Shown here in pieces: positions 12,666 to 26,560 of a DNA stretch of 64,000 nucleotides (position 1 is the stretch's first letter; every line of letters starts with the position of its first letter). Made by a program: the position numbers and the translations under genes. The DNA is from Epiperipatus broadwayi. Lineage: Eukaryota; Animalia; Onychophora. The stretch covers positions 18,352,001 through 18,416,000 of the forward strand of contig JAQFVV010000003.1 of NCBI GenBank assembly GCA_028023455.1, given 5' to 3'. Under the pieces are notes generated by a model. The model ran no database searches. It saw only the letters and a program-made list of their open reading frames with translations, and was not told the DNA's origin.

Positions 12666-15469
12666 TGTAAAGACACATTTAAACTGACCACACAACCATT
12701 ACCACCAACAATCGTCAAAATCGTTATCATTAATTATATATTAATAATTTTGTGTAAAATTGTCAGTTAAAATTATATTCTTGACAATACTGATTTATAT
12801 GTATACCAAAACCTTAAACACAAGCAAACAAAAATCTCAAAAAATAAAAGAAAGAAATAATTAATGTTAATTTTTTTTTGTTTGTTTATTAATCCAGCAT
12901 AAAATTCTATAAAGATCAAAATGACATCATGAATGAAAATAAAAGTGCGGATTTGAAACTCACACATCAATAAATCAAACATAAGACAATATAGAACAAG
13001 TTGATTCTTTTTTTAAAAAAAAGAAAAAAACGAAAGCAAATAGATTACACCATCAAGAAAATTTACTTTTAAATTTCTAAAATTAATTTGTCATCTTAGC
13101 TATCCTCAATATTAAAGCTCATAAGCCATTATAATTGCAGCTTGAAGGAATTAATTAAATAACCCAACTTAATTCCATAAACTTATATTTTTAACCCAAG
13201 TTATAAGCTAGAAAAGAACAAATCATGCATGGCTAGGAAGTGAGAAAACATTATGGGGATGGAGCTGCTCATCTTACAAACATGAATTTTTTATATGATT
13301 ATCATTTAAGATCAACATCTATGATGACCATGCTAACAGAAAGATCTATAATGCACTACTGTCAAGTAGAGAAATTCTCAGACCAGGAAAGATAGTTTAT
13401 AAAAGGAGTCACCACTGTGAAGATCCAAATGGTGACTGAATACCAGCAGATAAGCTACCATCCAGTTGATACAAAGGAACTTTCCTAAAGGCAAAGATAT
13501 TCAGATATTCTCTGATATGAACTATAATATTTTGAACAGACTAGACTATACTGGTTTAATATATCATGTTATGTTTTATAATTTATTTTTTTTATTTTGC
13601 TTGTTAAACTGATTTCTTTTGAAACAGAGAGTCAATCCATCCTATCATCAATTAGTCCATTGGGAAGGAGAGTCATCAAATATAATATTAATTTTTCACT
13701 TAATAATAAAATATAGGCACAGACTCCTGAGCTTTCTTGCTAATAGACGCACTAATCTATTGACTTGAAAGGTGAGATTTTGTTCTTATATAATACTAAG
13801 TGCTCACACTTTGACAATTACAATATTTGATGTTCATGTTGTGTTTAATTAACTTAATTATTAATTATTTGTTATTCAGAATGCATGACTAAACCCTTGA
13901 ATAATTGGTCTGTTTTATCATAGATCTATATGACACCAGAATAGGAGGAGCTCGGAATTTAGAAGCAACTCCCAACAAATCACAAAATATAGACAGACAG
14001 ATCAGAAATTAATGATCAAATGATGACAGAAAGTTTATTTAGCAAAGAGTTAATTGTTAAAATATAGTTTTTAAATTGTATTCAATGTAAATCCTGAAAT
14101 TGCTTAATTGAAATGTGAATGACTATCCTTCATAGGAATCAAAGGTAAGGGTTAGTAAATAGTTAATAAATACAAATGAAGGATGATCTTGCCTATACAA
14201 TTATTAAATTAAGTAAACACATTACTTTTGTTATAAATTGATCATCAATGGAAAACATCATCAAAATTAATTTGTTAAACATTAAATATTAAATTAAATA
14301 GGTTGTTTATCATTTTATTTGTCTATTTTTCAATTAATCACACAATATGTATATCCAATGTTATATGTCAGTCAAAAAATAATCCTACCTTGAAATAGAA
14401 CACCTGAACATTCTCCCTAAGTTTGAACTCTGTGGCATAATAAGGATCAAGAAGAGGTGAAGTAAGGAAAGTTATGCAAGTATGAAATCTATCCCACTCA
14501 ATCTATTACAAACCCAGATGGTTGTCCATCCCATTACATATACTGTCCAAATCTGTTGGGTTGTTAGATAAGAGCTTAGGAGTATATTGCATCATGTTAC
14601 ATATGACCATCCCATTACATTATATATTCTTATATAATTGTGAGTTATTTTTTATTTGTATTGGTTTTGATATTTTGACTTCTATCTACTTTATCTTGTA
14701 ATTATGGATTGTAATATATTCTCCATAGATTCATTCCATTCTTTATACAAATATGCAGAAATAAATTCTTTATCTATTAACCCTGTGGATTTAAAAACCC
14801 TTTCTAATGCACATGTTATCTTTTATTAAAAAAGATTAGAATTGATTGAGAACTATTTTCACTACCTATTGCTGTTTGCTTTAATTCAAGTTGGCACTGT
14901 AGATTCTAGTATTGATTAATAATGTAAATAATAACTTTTTAAAAAAAGTATAAATAATTTTATTTTGTGCTTTATAAAATATCCTTATCTTATTGAGAAC
15001 TGGCAAAGCAAAGAAAAACATTTGCAACTTTTTGCTATCACCATATCTCATCTAGATTCAGAAACAAATGACTAAAGTTATTCTTACTTTGTGCAGGAAA
15101 CAATTAGTTCTAACTAACGAAATGTCTTTCATTTCCATTTTTTGATCAAAAGTATTACGTTTTAATTATAAAACATCTACACGAATTTCATAATGCAACA
15201 TAGTTCAGAATTGCTTAATGATTATTTTGAATTAATTGTGATATCTAAAAATTTCCTCCATTTATATATATATACATTATCATAATAACAATTTGGAGTT
15301 AGTTGTTCTATGTCTAGTTGATGGTGACAAAAGTTTAAAAGCCTTTAAATAATTAACTGCAATCTTACAAAGGAATAATTATGAACAAGGTAATATTAAC
15401 CATACTTGCCAATTTTCTGGTCATAAATATTTATTCTTGTTTTACAATTTAGTTAACAGTAGCTACAAA

Positions 15470-16056
15470 GCGATTTACTGACTGCTGTATTCATGGGAAG
15501 TTTTTATCCAGCCATGATAAGAGTAATGTTAAAATAAAGTGAACAAACAACTCATTTTTCAGAAAATTTTATTTTAATCTGAATTGCTAGCAATAATATA
15601 TATCTATATATGGAAAATATAATATTAACAAAACTATTCCCCCCCCCCCATAATAATTTGGGGATAGCACAAGCAGAACAAGTCTACACCATTTCTTCAC
15701 TCACTACTATTATTCACAGTTCATTAATAATGGACACTTAGTTCCCATTACGAATAGTATATTAATACAACTTCATTTAGTCCATTTAGGCTATATTTTT
15801 TTAAGTACACTTTTGTCCTCTTTGTGAGAGAAGAAATTAACTTACAACAGTGCTTTGTACCTTTTGATATGCTGCATCAACTCTCATAAAACTTTGACAG
15901 AGAGTTCTTTTACATTTCATGTGCATAACAATTATTCATACTTTTAATTACATGTTTCTAGAACAAATTATTTCTGGAAGGAAACTGTCTAAATTATTGG
16001 AACTAATTACACAAGTAAAAATAGTACTTTTTACAATATTCACAATAATATCAACA
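15470..16056 (-). repeat. 3' LTR of the Mag-type Gypsy element
   Basis: Follows the PPT; direct repeat of 19930-20066 plus 20461-20872, roughly 75-80% identical by eye. Confidence 0.8.
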
Positions 16057-19000
16057 TTAGTCAGTGCACCTCCCCTCACTCTAGAAAATAATCCCTGAAT
16101 CTATCTGAAGGTCTTCTAATTCTCCCACTTCTTGGAGTAGAATTATCATGACCTTTAATTCAATCTCCCTTTTCTGATAATAATAACTGCTTATCTGGAC
16201 ACTCATTGATAATTTCTTAGTCTCCCCCACCTAGTTCATCTTGGGTGGCAAGAGCTATATCATCATTTAAGACCTTATTTAAATTTTCTAAATTTGAGAC
16301 TATCTATAATAGAATTGTTAACAGCCATGATTGGCACACCACTAAATCTCTTATGTAAATGATTAATATACCTTCTTACACACATTCCATTCTCAAGTTT
16401 AAACATGTATAATTTTAGATACAATTTCAATAATGATACCTAAAGTCCATGTCTTTTTTACAATATCTCAAGCCCAAACAGCAGCATCTATATAAAATTT
16501 TCTTAAATTAAAGTTGTACTTTTCATCCCTGGTATTCCTTCTCTCTAATCTATATATTGCCAAAAGTTTTGATAAATGTGTTTAACATTTTTCCCAAACA
16601 GTAATTTAGCGAGTGATTTACTTTTCAAAGTGCTTGGTATAAAATGTTGATAAAACATAATTTCTACTAAAGCATTTTTAAAATCAATTATCTTAATTTT
16701 CTTCAAGGTTACTTTCAAATTCTATATTGCCTTTTCAACAAGTCTATTTGAAGCAGGATAATACACTGGAGTAAGTACATGCCATATCCCTCTGTGCCTT
16801 ACATAACCTACAAATCTTACAGAAGTAAATGCTGTTCCATTATCTAATACTAAAATCTTGAGATAACCATGGGTAGCAAAAACTTCTTGTAACATCTTTA
16901 TGGTATTTACCATTTTCACAGATTTTACTAGTTTATACTCTTCCCAATTTGAATATAAATTCACAACTACCAGAATTGGGTATTCATTTATTGGTTCAGT
17001 GTAATCCAAGTGAACACACTCCCATGGCTTGAATACTTTCTTTGGAAAATCCACAGTACATTTACAATTAGAGCACTTCTTTTCTTTTTGCTCTATATCA
17101 TTATTTATTCTAGACCATCACATGTAAGAATAAGCCAGAGCCTTTATCCTTACCACTTTCTGGATATTCTTTATGCAGCAAATCAATCACCTGTGTACAT
17201 CCCTCTATTGGTATCAACACTGTTAATATTTAAAATCCACTCATTACACACTGATATATTATGACATGCATTCCAAATTGCAACAAAACTTCTAACCATT
17301 CATCTCAAATCCATCTAATCAGCTTCCTACATTCCACTTCATGATTTTTCACTGTTTAAATTCTCCATGCTATTTACTACATTTAGCAAATTCATTTCCA
17401 TGAATTCCTGTTTAATACCTTCTCTAACAGGGAAACATGATAATGCATTAATATGCCCAATCTCCTTTCCTGGTTTATAGATCATTTAGTAGTCATAAGC
17501 TGCTAATAAGTTTATCCATCATATAAGCCTTTGGTTCATGTAATCAGGCATCTTTTTATCTTTTCTGAAAATTCCCAGCAATGGGCCATGGTCAGTATAG
17601 ATTATAAATTTCTAACCATAAACATACTGTTGACTATAATTTTTCTCTGCTGAAGATAATGTTCTAAAGGTCTAGGCAATTGTATGCCCTCCGTCAGGAC
17701 AACAATGTGTGATAACAACCCCAATTACATATTCAGGGTCAATAGTGATAATAATTTTCAGATCACTATGACAATGTACTAAAAATTGATCTGACATCAG
17801 TAATTCTTTTGCTTTTTTTAAAACCTGTTACATACTCATCATTCCATTTCCAACTATGGCCCTTCTGCAATAAATCATACAATGGTCTTAAATAATGGGA
17901 TTTATCTTTGAGAAAGTTGTCATAGAAGTTAAGCAGTCCCAAAAAGGCTTGTAAGTCTTTTACATTCCTGGGAATAACTGCTTCTTTCACTACTTTAACT
18001 TTTTTCAAGTTCAGATATTTTCCATCTTTATTTAATACATGCCTTAAAAAATTATTTGTAAAGTTGCCCAAATACATTTGGCAGCATTCAATCTCACTTC
18101 TAAATTATTTAACTTAGAGCATATCTCCATAACACATTTTTTCAGCTCTTCTTTAGACAGGGCTATATGGAATAATGCCCTTGATGTTCTACAGTAGGTT
18201 ATCCATTTTAGCTTGGAAGATATTCAGAGCCATCATGATTCTGTGTTGCATCTGAACAATCCAACATGATTACTCAGTGTCAACATCTCAACCATATTCT
18301 CAGTAACCAGGATTTGATGAAACGCTGAGTTTAAAACAATTTTTGCAAAAAACCAAGGCTCTGTGTAACAATGTCAACACATCATGCACATTTGGAATAA
18401 GATACATACCTTTATTAATCCATTTTCTAACCCCAGTAATCTCTGCATAAATGAATTGTTCCATCCAGTTTTACTAAAACAACGACCGAGGTAGTGCTTC
18501 TTGAGTCTTCAACTGGTGTCAGCACTGCTGTATTCACCAATCTCTACTATTGTTCCTGCCACCTTCAACTTAAGAATATAGGGGACTTTGCATGGTTTAA
18601 ACACTATTGTCTGTGCTTCAGTGACAGTTTAATATTAACAGGAAGCACTCGTAACTCGGCTACTTTCGGTTTAAATAATTTAGGAAATTTATTTCTAACT
18701 TCTATATCCAATTTTACTTTAGTGATTATTTTTAAATATATTTCTAGAAGTTTGAACCAATTTTGTCCAAGTAGAGGAATCACATTTCTTTCTATTACTG
18801 AACCGTTCTAATCTTTTCATTCTATTATTTATAACCATTGGAACACAAACTTTTCCATAGATGTGTATTCTATTACCATTCACAGCTGTAGCCATTATAT
18901 TTGTCTTCTTCAATTTTAACTTCTCCTTAGATTCTGATATAATTCTGTTCCATTCTTTAAATGACATAATGGATAATCCAGATCCACTGTCAATTTCCAT

Positions 19001-19879
19001 CATAACTTTAAATCTACAAATAGCAACCTCTAATGCAATTTGATCATTGGTTGAGTTTTTTAATGCCTTTAACTCCACTCTACTATATTCACCTCTTCCC
19101 CTTGATTTAAAGTCCAGGCATGGCATATTTTTCACATTATTTTGCTTTTCATTACACACTTGAGTGTAGTGACCTTTGATACAACATATTCTATATTTTT
19201 CATGTTTAAATCAACCTAATGTCTTCATGTGACCAAGCGTACCACAACAATAACATGTGGGGGTATTATTTTCAGAGTTCTTAGACAACTTTTCTGTTAC
19301 AGTTGACAGTTGTTGGATTTCTTTTCCCCTTCTGAGACCATTTCAAACTCCAAAGCATTATTCAACATGACATTATGAGCTATACAGAATCTTATGGCTG
19401 CTTTAAACATTAAATCAGATTCACTAAGCAAGATTTTCCAAAGATTATGATCCCATATACTATAGAACAATTGATTTAGAAGTATATCTTCAAGATCTGA
19501 TGTGAATTTGCAATATTTTGCTAAAATTCTTAATGCTAGATTATAATCCAGATAGCTCTCTCAAGATAATTGCTTCCACATTCAAAATTGTAAATATGCC
19601 ATTCTTTGTTACTGCTGGTTGAAAATGAGTGTTTAGATTTTCCAATAGTTCACTATAGAGTATATCTTCTGGTATCCTAGGATTGCACAATTGTTTTGTT
19701 ATTAATAATACATCTATTACAGCAAAAAACAACAATGTGAAAACTTTCATCTTATCATCATCTATCTTCGATTCTCATTTAGTGATTTATAGGTTCCACA
19801 TAAATGTTCCATAATGAGCAGTTACAAAAACTCCTTTAAACTTCTACTTGCTAATGCCATCTTCTTTATCTTTGCCAAA

Positions 19880-20872
19880 TTACCTCACACCCTCAAGCCA
19901 CTAATTAGACCATCTGTTGCTGACTGCACCAACTGCTGCATTACCTAACCATGATAACATAATGTTAAAATAAAATGAAAAAACAACTCTTATGTTTCAA
20001 AAAATTTATTCTTAAGCTGAGTTGCTAGTAACAATATATATGCATATATATAATATTAATAATATTACATTCAAATATCAGCCTTTCAAGCTAATTGTGC
20101 AAACGCTTTGCGAGTGTTAATAATAAATGAATACTTTCTCACCAATACAAGATATAGTATTTATGCAGGAATAAAAGGAATCCTCTTATTCCTACAACTC
20201 AAATGCTTATATATGAGCAAATCTGAAGTACTGGCAAGTAAGGCATGAGGATGGAACCGTCACTTTAAATTACTATATACGATGTCTGAATGAATGACGT
20301 GGGTGAAATTGTCTAGAATTTACTAAACGTCATTACAACTGAAACTTAATCATATGTAAATAAGAATTTATTTTATATAGCATCTGTATACAATTGTATT
20401 ACATTCAAATATCAGCCTTTCAAGCTAATTGTGCAAACGCTTTGCGAGTGTTAATAATAATAACTATTTTTCCCTGCAATAATTTGGGGTTAACTACAAA
20501 CAGAGCAAGTCTACTACATTTCTTCACTCGCTAATATTATTTACAGTTCATTAATAATGGGCACTTGTCAATAATACATTAACACAACTTCATTTAGTCC
20601 ATTTAGGCTATATTTTCTAAGTACACTTTTCTACTCTTTATAAGAAAAGCCATTAACTTTCAATGGCATTTTGTTTCTCTTGATGGCCACTGCTGTGTCA
20701 ACTTTTGTAAAACTTTGTGAGAGAGTTTTGTTATATCTCATTTGCATAACAATTATTCATACTTTTAATTAAACTTTTCTAGAGTGAATTATTTTTGGGG
20801 GGGAATTGTTGAAACTGCCAATACTAATTACATAAATAAAAATAATACTTTATTTACAATATTCACAATAAT
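19880..20872 (-). repeat. 5' LTR of the Mag-type Gypsy element, interrupted by a ~395 bp insertion
   Basis: Homology to the 3' LTR stops at ~20066 and resumes at ~20461; adjacent to the PBS. Confidence 0.78.
20067..20460. mobile_element. Small non-autonomous element with identical ~60 bp direct terminal repeats
   Basis: acattcaaatatcagcctttcaagctaattgtgcaaacgctttgcgagtgttaataataa occurs at ~20067 and ~20401; the element is absent from the sister LTR. Confidence 0.75.
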
Positions 20873-21452
20873 GAGTTGTTTATTTCTATAGCGCTATGTT
20901 TTTAATCTGTAATAATAAATAGTAATCACTTCAACTACATGTGCTCTGGATAAATTTAAACATTTAATGACACTCTCCTTTCCAAACACAAGTTAAAGTG
21001 TTTCGAAAAGATAGAATAAATCCACTCTATCTTTTTAACCTAAATGCATATGTATAGGCAAATCTTAAACATTTGGAAATAAGAGTGTTAAGATATTCAC
21101 AATAAAATCAGCAGCAGTCAATGCACCGACTAATATTGAATGATTAGCTGTTTGGTAAATATGCTGATTACTTTATAAAAGTAAAATCTCAAATATAAGT
21201 AAAACAAAATTACAAGTTTACTTAGTCTGGGTTTCAATCATAGACTTGGTAGGCAGAAAAGCTATCATTATACTATTAAATCTTTCCTAAATATATGTAT
21301 TGTTATATTGTTGGTTTTTTAAAAAAATAAAATAAAAATAAAAGTGTATGCAAACATTAATATTATATTGAATATAAAAGAATAATATTAGCAAAAATAA
21401 TAGTAATAATAATGTTAATAGCAACAATAACAATAACAACAATAAAATTTAC

Positions 21453-21586
21453 TGATGAAAATTCTCTGTTTTTAGGATAATGGGAAGTTGGAATAGTGTG
21501 AATAGTTGGTTGGCGGGATCCATAGTCACTGCTAGTGGTGCGGAAAAAAGGGTGTTGCTTGGTCTCACCATAACCTTTAAAAACAG
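21453..21586 (-). CDS. PIERCE1: PIERCE-family gene, coding exon 3 (A|VFKGYGETKQHPFFRTTSSDYGSRQPTIHTIPTSHYPKNREFSS)
   Basis: Acceptor ttttttctag| and donor TCA|gtaaat; 134 nt. The split codon G+CT joins exon 2 in frame. FKGY...RT.S.YGSR.PT.H..P...YP....FS matches the conserved PIERCE core (WFRGY...[30 protein letters not shown]). Confidence 0.9.
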
Positions 21587-23589
21587 CTAGAAAAAATAAA
21601 AACAAATAATAGTTATTAACAGTATTATTCAATTCGTAAAAAAAAAAAAAAGAGTTATAATATTCAAGATAAAATAAGATTTCAGAAACATCTGTATGCA
21701 CTTCAGGAGTGATTTGAAATTTTGGCACCTGCAAAACTTAAGCAAAGAAACAAAACAGAGCATTTCTAATTTTGCAGCCACAAACCTATTTTATTTTTCG
21801 ATACCAATCATAGTTAAAAGATGAACTGTCTGTGCATGTATAGTATATACATAAATGTAAATAAAAGTTTATTATTAATCATGTAAATATGTGCAAATAG
21901 TATATGAAAAAAATATATTATGATTATGCTACTCTAGAAAATTTACATATGCCAATTATACATTTAAATGTATATTAAACATCTATTATGCTAATAAGAA
22001 ATAATTATACAAAAAAATCTGTTAAGGATTATTCATGTGTGTGTGGAAGTGTAGTAGGTGCAAGTATGATTCGCATCCTATGAATATGATAACTGCAGAA
22101 AATTAGAATTATTTGTGCATAACATATGAAGATATAATTCTGTTGTAACCGAACTAGTGTACGAAGAACTTTCTTAATTTAAAATGCAATGCAATGGGTA
22201 TTAATTAACTATCATACATGTATAGAAATTGACACACACAAGCAGAAGCTTATTTATAGATTTTTGAGGTTTTTAATGAAATTTCTGGTTATTTATTCTT
22301 TGTTCCTTTTTCTATTTTGTTATTTGATATGAAATCAATTTGTTTTGTTGCTTCAAATTGCAAAGAGCTTATTTAAACTTGCCACGATAATAGATTGCTT
22401 TACCTAACTGTTGTTTGACAAATAATAATATGTGGAGTAAATCAATCTTCATTTTTTATTTCAATTTTTTCATATAATGTCAATTAGGAAAATGAAATTT
22501 TTTATATTCCACAGTAACACTCATCATGATAAATATTTAAAATAATATTTCTTTTATTATTTTGTTATATTTTTCTGTAATAAATATTCATATGTTAATT
22601 TATAAAAGTTAATTACAAAAAAAACAAAACAATATTTTATTGCTCATCCTAAATGAAGACAATAAAAATGTATTTGCTCTGAAGAAAAATGAGAATAAAC
22701 ATAAACATGCTCAAATAACTACTGGTACTGCTCTGTGAACAGCTCTAATGGCTCCAGTTATTGATAAAAGCAAATGAATCTTAGTGGAACTTGCTGAAAT
22801 TCACTGAATATGATGTTCCTGGTATTTGCTGCAGCACCAGAGTGCCTATAGAACGGCCGCCACTGATGCATATATATATAAAATAAACAAGGATTTGGGG
22901 TATGACCACCTACCTGTTCTTGCATACAACCTGAGGTTTGAATCCAAACCAACTGAAATGTTTTTCAAGAAACTAAAATGTTAGAAATAGCTTCCAATAG
23001 CTAATCCAGTCATCATTCAATATTAGTCAACCAGCTACTCTTACTTAAAGAGTTAAATCAATGACAACCATTCAAACCCTATTCATCTGGTATTCAAAAA
23101 TTCTAGTGAGTATTGCATCCTCCTTCCCTGTTCCTCGATGAGGGGATATTGAAAGATTTTTGCTCTGAAGTATGCTACTTATTAAAAAGGTTGTTTTATT
23201 TTTTTTACTACATTAATTATATGCTTTATTTTTACACATATAATCAAGGCTTGAAAAAAAAACAAGCCTATAATTTAATAGTCTTTGGCAGGCAGCCAAT
23301 ATACCATTTGCACTAATTATAGTTTGAAGAAAGGAAAAGGAACATAAATAAACATCCCAGTGCTAAATCTCTAAAATAATAAGCATTGATTTAGAAAGAT
23401 TTTACTTTGTGAGATGGTAACAATTATGTTGATTTGAAAAGTATCACTTATGATAATCAAGTTTATCATACCACTCTAATACCTCATTGCTTGGAATTGT
23501 ACTGATATCATACAAATTCAGTTTTAGCCATTGTTTTAGTTATAATTAAGATATATATTAATATATAAAAAACTAACCAAAGGAAATAC

Positions 23590-25955
23590 ATATAAAAACA
23601 AAAAAGAGAAAAGACTTATAAATCCAAGAAATAATATGTTTCAACCAGAGGACTGGTTTTCATCAGAAAGAAAAAAAAATACACAGTAAAATGGTGATAT
23701 TCAAAAATTACAGATTTGTTTGTTTTAAGTATGTATTGGGGTAATTTTGCCATTGGTTGGGTAGATATTATGTGTTAGATTTTGTGACCAATCAGGGGTT
23801 TTTTGGTAAATTTATAGTCTTTTATTGGTAATAGTATGAATACTGAACCCTACCATCTGATGGCACTCTTTTTCATCCAATTCACATCAATATACTGATT
23901 CACGGGCCGTCTGTTTGTTTACATAATATTACGGTAAAAGATTTTTTTTTTTCAACCGGTTTTTATTATTTTTTCATCAGCGACGGTAAACCACCAAAGT
24001 TTTCTTTATTACATAATATTAATGGTAAAAGTTTTTTTTTTTTTCAACCAATTTTTAATTTTTTTTCATTGGCGACGGTAAACCATCAAAGTTTTTTTTA
24101 TTCCTCCCGGGTTTTTTTATTGTTTTTAATAAACAAATACTTTGTTTTTAGATGGTCTAGGGGTGTTGGTTTGTTTGTAAATTAACAACTAACTATCCAT
24201 AGGTTTCTTTACATAATATTACTTACGGTAAACCAAATTTTTTTTTTCACATGTTTTTTTTTTTGTTCGTCTTTTTTAAGAAACAAACACTTTGTTTTTA
24301 GATGGTGTAGGGGTGTTGGTTTGCATTTAAATTATCGATTAATGCTCCATTGGTTTGTTTACACAAAAATATGGTAACAAACCCTTTGTTGTTTTTAGAT
24401 GGTGGAGGGGAAGGGTTGGTTGTTTGCTTTTAACTTATCTTCTTTTTTTTTTTTTGGTTAATGTTTTGATTTTCTGAAAGACTTTAACAATTCAGTATTT
24501 TTGAATAAACAACATTTGGTTTTTTAGAGGGTGGAGGGGAGAGGAGTTGTTTTGATTTTGAATTTGTTGTTGTTGTTACTTTATTACGAGGCTTTTTTTT
24601 TCTTTCAAATCTTTGCGCTACAGAAAGCTATATTATATGATAGTGAAAAGTACTTCCTTAATTTTTTGGGCCTTTAATTTTAAAAAAAGTCATAAACAGT
24701 TCGTTTTTAAAGAACACTTTTTTTTTTAAGTTTGGAGATGTGGGGTGGCGGGGAAGGTTTGTTTTGATTTTTAATTATCGACTTCTTTTGTTTTGATTTT
24801 TAATTATCGACTTCTTTTTGGATTTTCTTTTTGAACATTTTATTATGTTACTGCACAGTTCTTTATTATTATTTTATTTTTTTTGGTGGGGCCTTTTGAA
24901 TAAACTCTTAAACACTTCTCTTTTTTTGTATAATAAAATATTATCTACTTTAACTGTTAATAAAACTTATCAAATATTGCCTACCTACTAAATTTATAAT
25001 CATGTGAACAACAAAAACAACAAGTTTCCCCATAAAATAATTTATTGAATCAAAAAGAAATGAAACTTTGGACAAGTTGTAAAGCAAAACAAGTAAAAAA
25101 AAACAACACCATTTACGAGGCATAAAAAACAGCAGCCAAAAGTAACATGCAAATAAATAACAGGGAAGCCTCAAAGCTGTAAGTAACATGATTTTGGAGC
25201 CTTCGAACCAACAAATTCCCTTACGCAGATCTACATAGGTACACTTGCAGGAGTTTCTCTTTCTGGGAAAACACAATATTGTGCATCCACTTGTGTGGCT
25301 GGCTGGCAATTTACTCAGCTTCGACCAATTCGGACAACCTTCAGACGACATTTTACAGTTCTCGCATGGACTTGCATGTAAACAGGCATTTGCGCATGAA
25401 TTCGGAAAAACTCTGCTGAAAAAAAGAACCTTTTCAAGTTGTGTGCAATTCAAAATTGTAGGGAAGCATATGTGATGACATGACAATTCTTAATATGGAA
25501 TACTAATTCCACTACACTTTAAAAAATTTCCGACAATGAATTTTTGCAGAGTTTCATCTCTTTCAAATATGGCCACCATCAAATCAGACTGTAGCGAGAG
25601 TTCAAGAGTGCTCACTTGACAAATACTGTCACAATGCAATGGGCATAGTATTTCATTATGTAATCATAGAATACATCACTCTCAGGTGGCCTGTTACAGC
25701 TCAAAAAACATCTCTTGCACTGTCAGCCATAAGTTAAGGCCATTAAAACAGTATATTGATGTGCGTTTTGTGAAAAACAGTGCCATCAGACAGTAGGGTT
25801 CAGTTTTCATACTGTTACCCTTTTATCAAATCTGTAATTTTTGATTATCGCCATTTTACTGTGTATTTTTTTCTTTCTGATGAAAACTAGTCCTCTGGTT
25901 GAAATATTATATTATTTCTTGGATTTATAAGTCTTTTTTTGTTTATATATATGTG
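23590..25955. mobile_element. ~2.36 kb element with ~200 bp inverted termini carrying HHR-like motifs and internal tandem repeats
   Basis: 23590-23705 plus 23768-23842 are the reverse complement of 25748-25955. Degenerate ~85-150 bp repeat units occupy 23915-24810. No transposase was recognised. Confidence 0.75.
23638..23666 (-). ncRNA. Degenerate minimal hammerhead motif
   Basis: CTGATGA-A-AACCAG-TCCT-CTGGTT-GAAAC with a perfect 6-bp stem II; stems I and III not intact. Mirror copy on + at 25877-25905. Confidence 0.6.
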
Positions 25956-26280
25956 TGTGTGCTGAGAGTTAGAAAGAGTAAAATGTATTATAATAAAATT
26001 TGAATTGTTAAGCTAAATCTCCTTTAAATTTATTTAAAGTTTATAACATACTATATGTACATAAAAACTTGAGAACTGAAGAGCCATCCATTGAGCTCAT
26101 TGGTAAATAACATATTAAATGATATGCATAATAGCTATCTTCTGAATGGTAACTCAATTGGGAGTTCTGAATTGACACTTCAAAAATTGACCATTACATA
26201 TATCGTCTAATATATTATTTAGCAATGAGTTGAATAAAGAGCATTTAGGGTTTTTTAATAAAAAAAAGTATAATGATTAT

Positions 26281-26560
26281 ATATATAGTATTAAATCATC
26301 TATGCTCTTTATTACTGTTTTACAATGCTTTTATTACAACCCACTATGACAGTTTCAATTGCCCTAGAAATCTTCTTCAGAACTACTTATATTTCCAAAC
26401 CTTAACTGCTAAATTCAAACTTTAATTTATTTATTTTTAATTTAAAGTTTGAATTTAGCAGTTAAGGTTTGAAAATATAAGTAGGAGTTCTGTCATAGTG
26501 GGTTGCAATAAAAGCATTGTAAAACAGTAATAAAGAGCAAAGATGATTTAATATTATATG
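26281..26560. repeat. Foldback element with an HHR motif in the left arm only
   Basis: Near-perfect inverted arms around an AT loop (~26425-26445). The left arm (minus) reads CTGAAGAAGATTTCTAGGGCAATTGAAACTGTC at 26348-26380. Confidence 0.8.

Larger units (their letters stand above)
15470..20872 (-). mobile_element. Decayed Mag-type Ty3/Gypsy LTR retrotransposon with both LTRs
   Basis: PBS-like TGGCAAAG at 19877 just before a gag ATG (19860); double CCHC knuckle (CYCCGTLGH...CCIKGH..VC); protease MEIDSGSGLSIMS; RT/RNase H pieces; integrase WECVHLDY...LVVVN.YSNW, DNGTAFTS, YYPASN; PPT at 16069-16082. Confidence 0.92.

Noticed and set aside
13931-13946. PBS-like TGACACCAGAATAGGA after an LTR-like stretch
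   Set aside because: Too degenerate; no gag or matching LTR was recognised.
15440-15510. Candidate last PIERCE exon (MNTAVSKS, minus)
   Set aside because: In-frame TAA just upstream, no acceptor, and it overlaps the Gypsy LTR end.
21363-21734. 123 aa ORF as a standalone protein
   Set aside because: Only 21453-21586 is PIERCE-like; the flanks are low-complexity intron read-through bounded by canonical splice sites. The same applies to ORF 39162-39440.
23915-24810. CRISPR-like array
   Set aside because: Eukaryotic context, degenerate variable units, no unique spacers and no cas genes.
24950-25486. 178 aa Cys-rich ORF and overlapping 76 aa ORF; vague DIRS-like resemblance
   Set aside because: No recognisable domain, no tyrosine recombinase or RT nearby, and a low-complexity tail.
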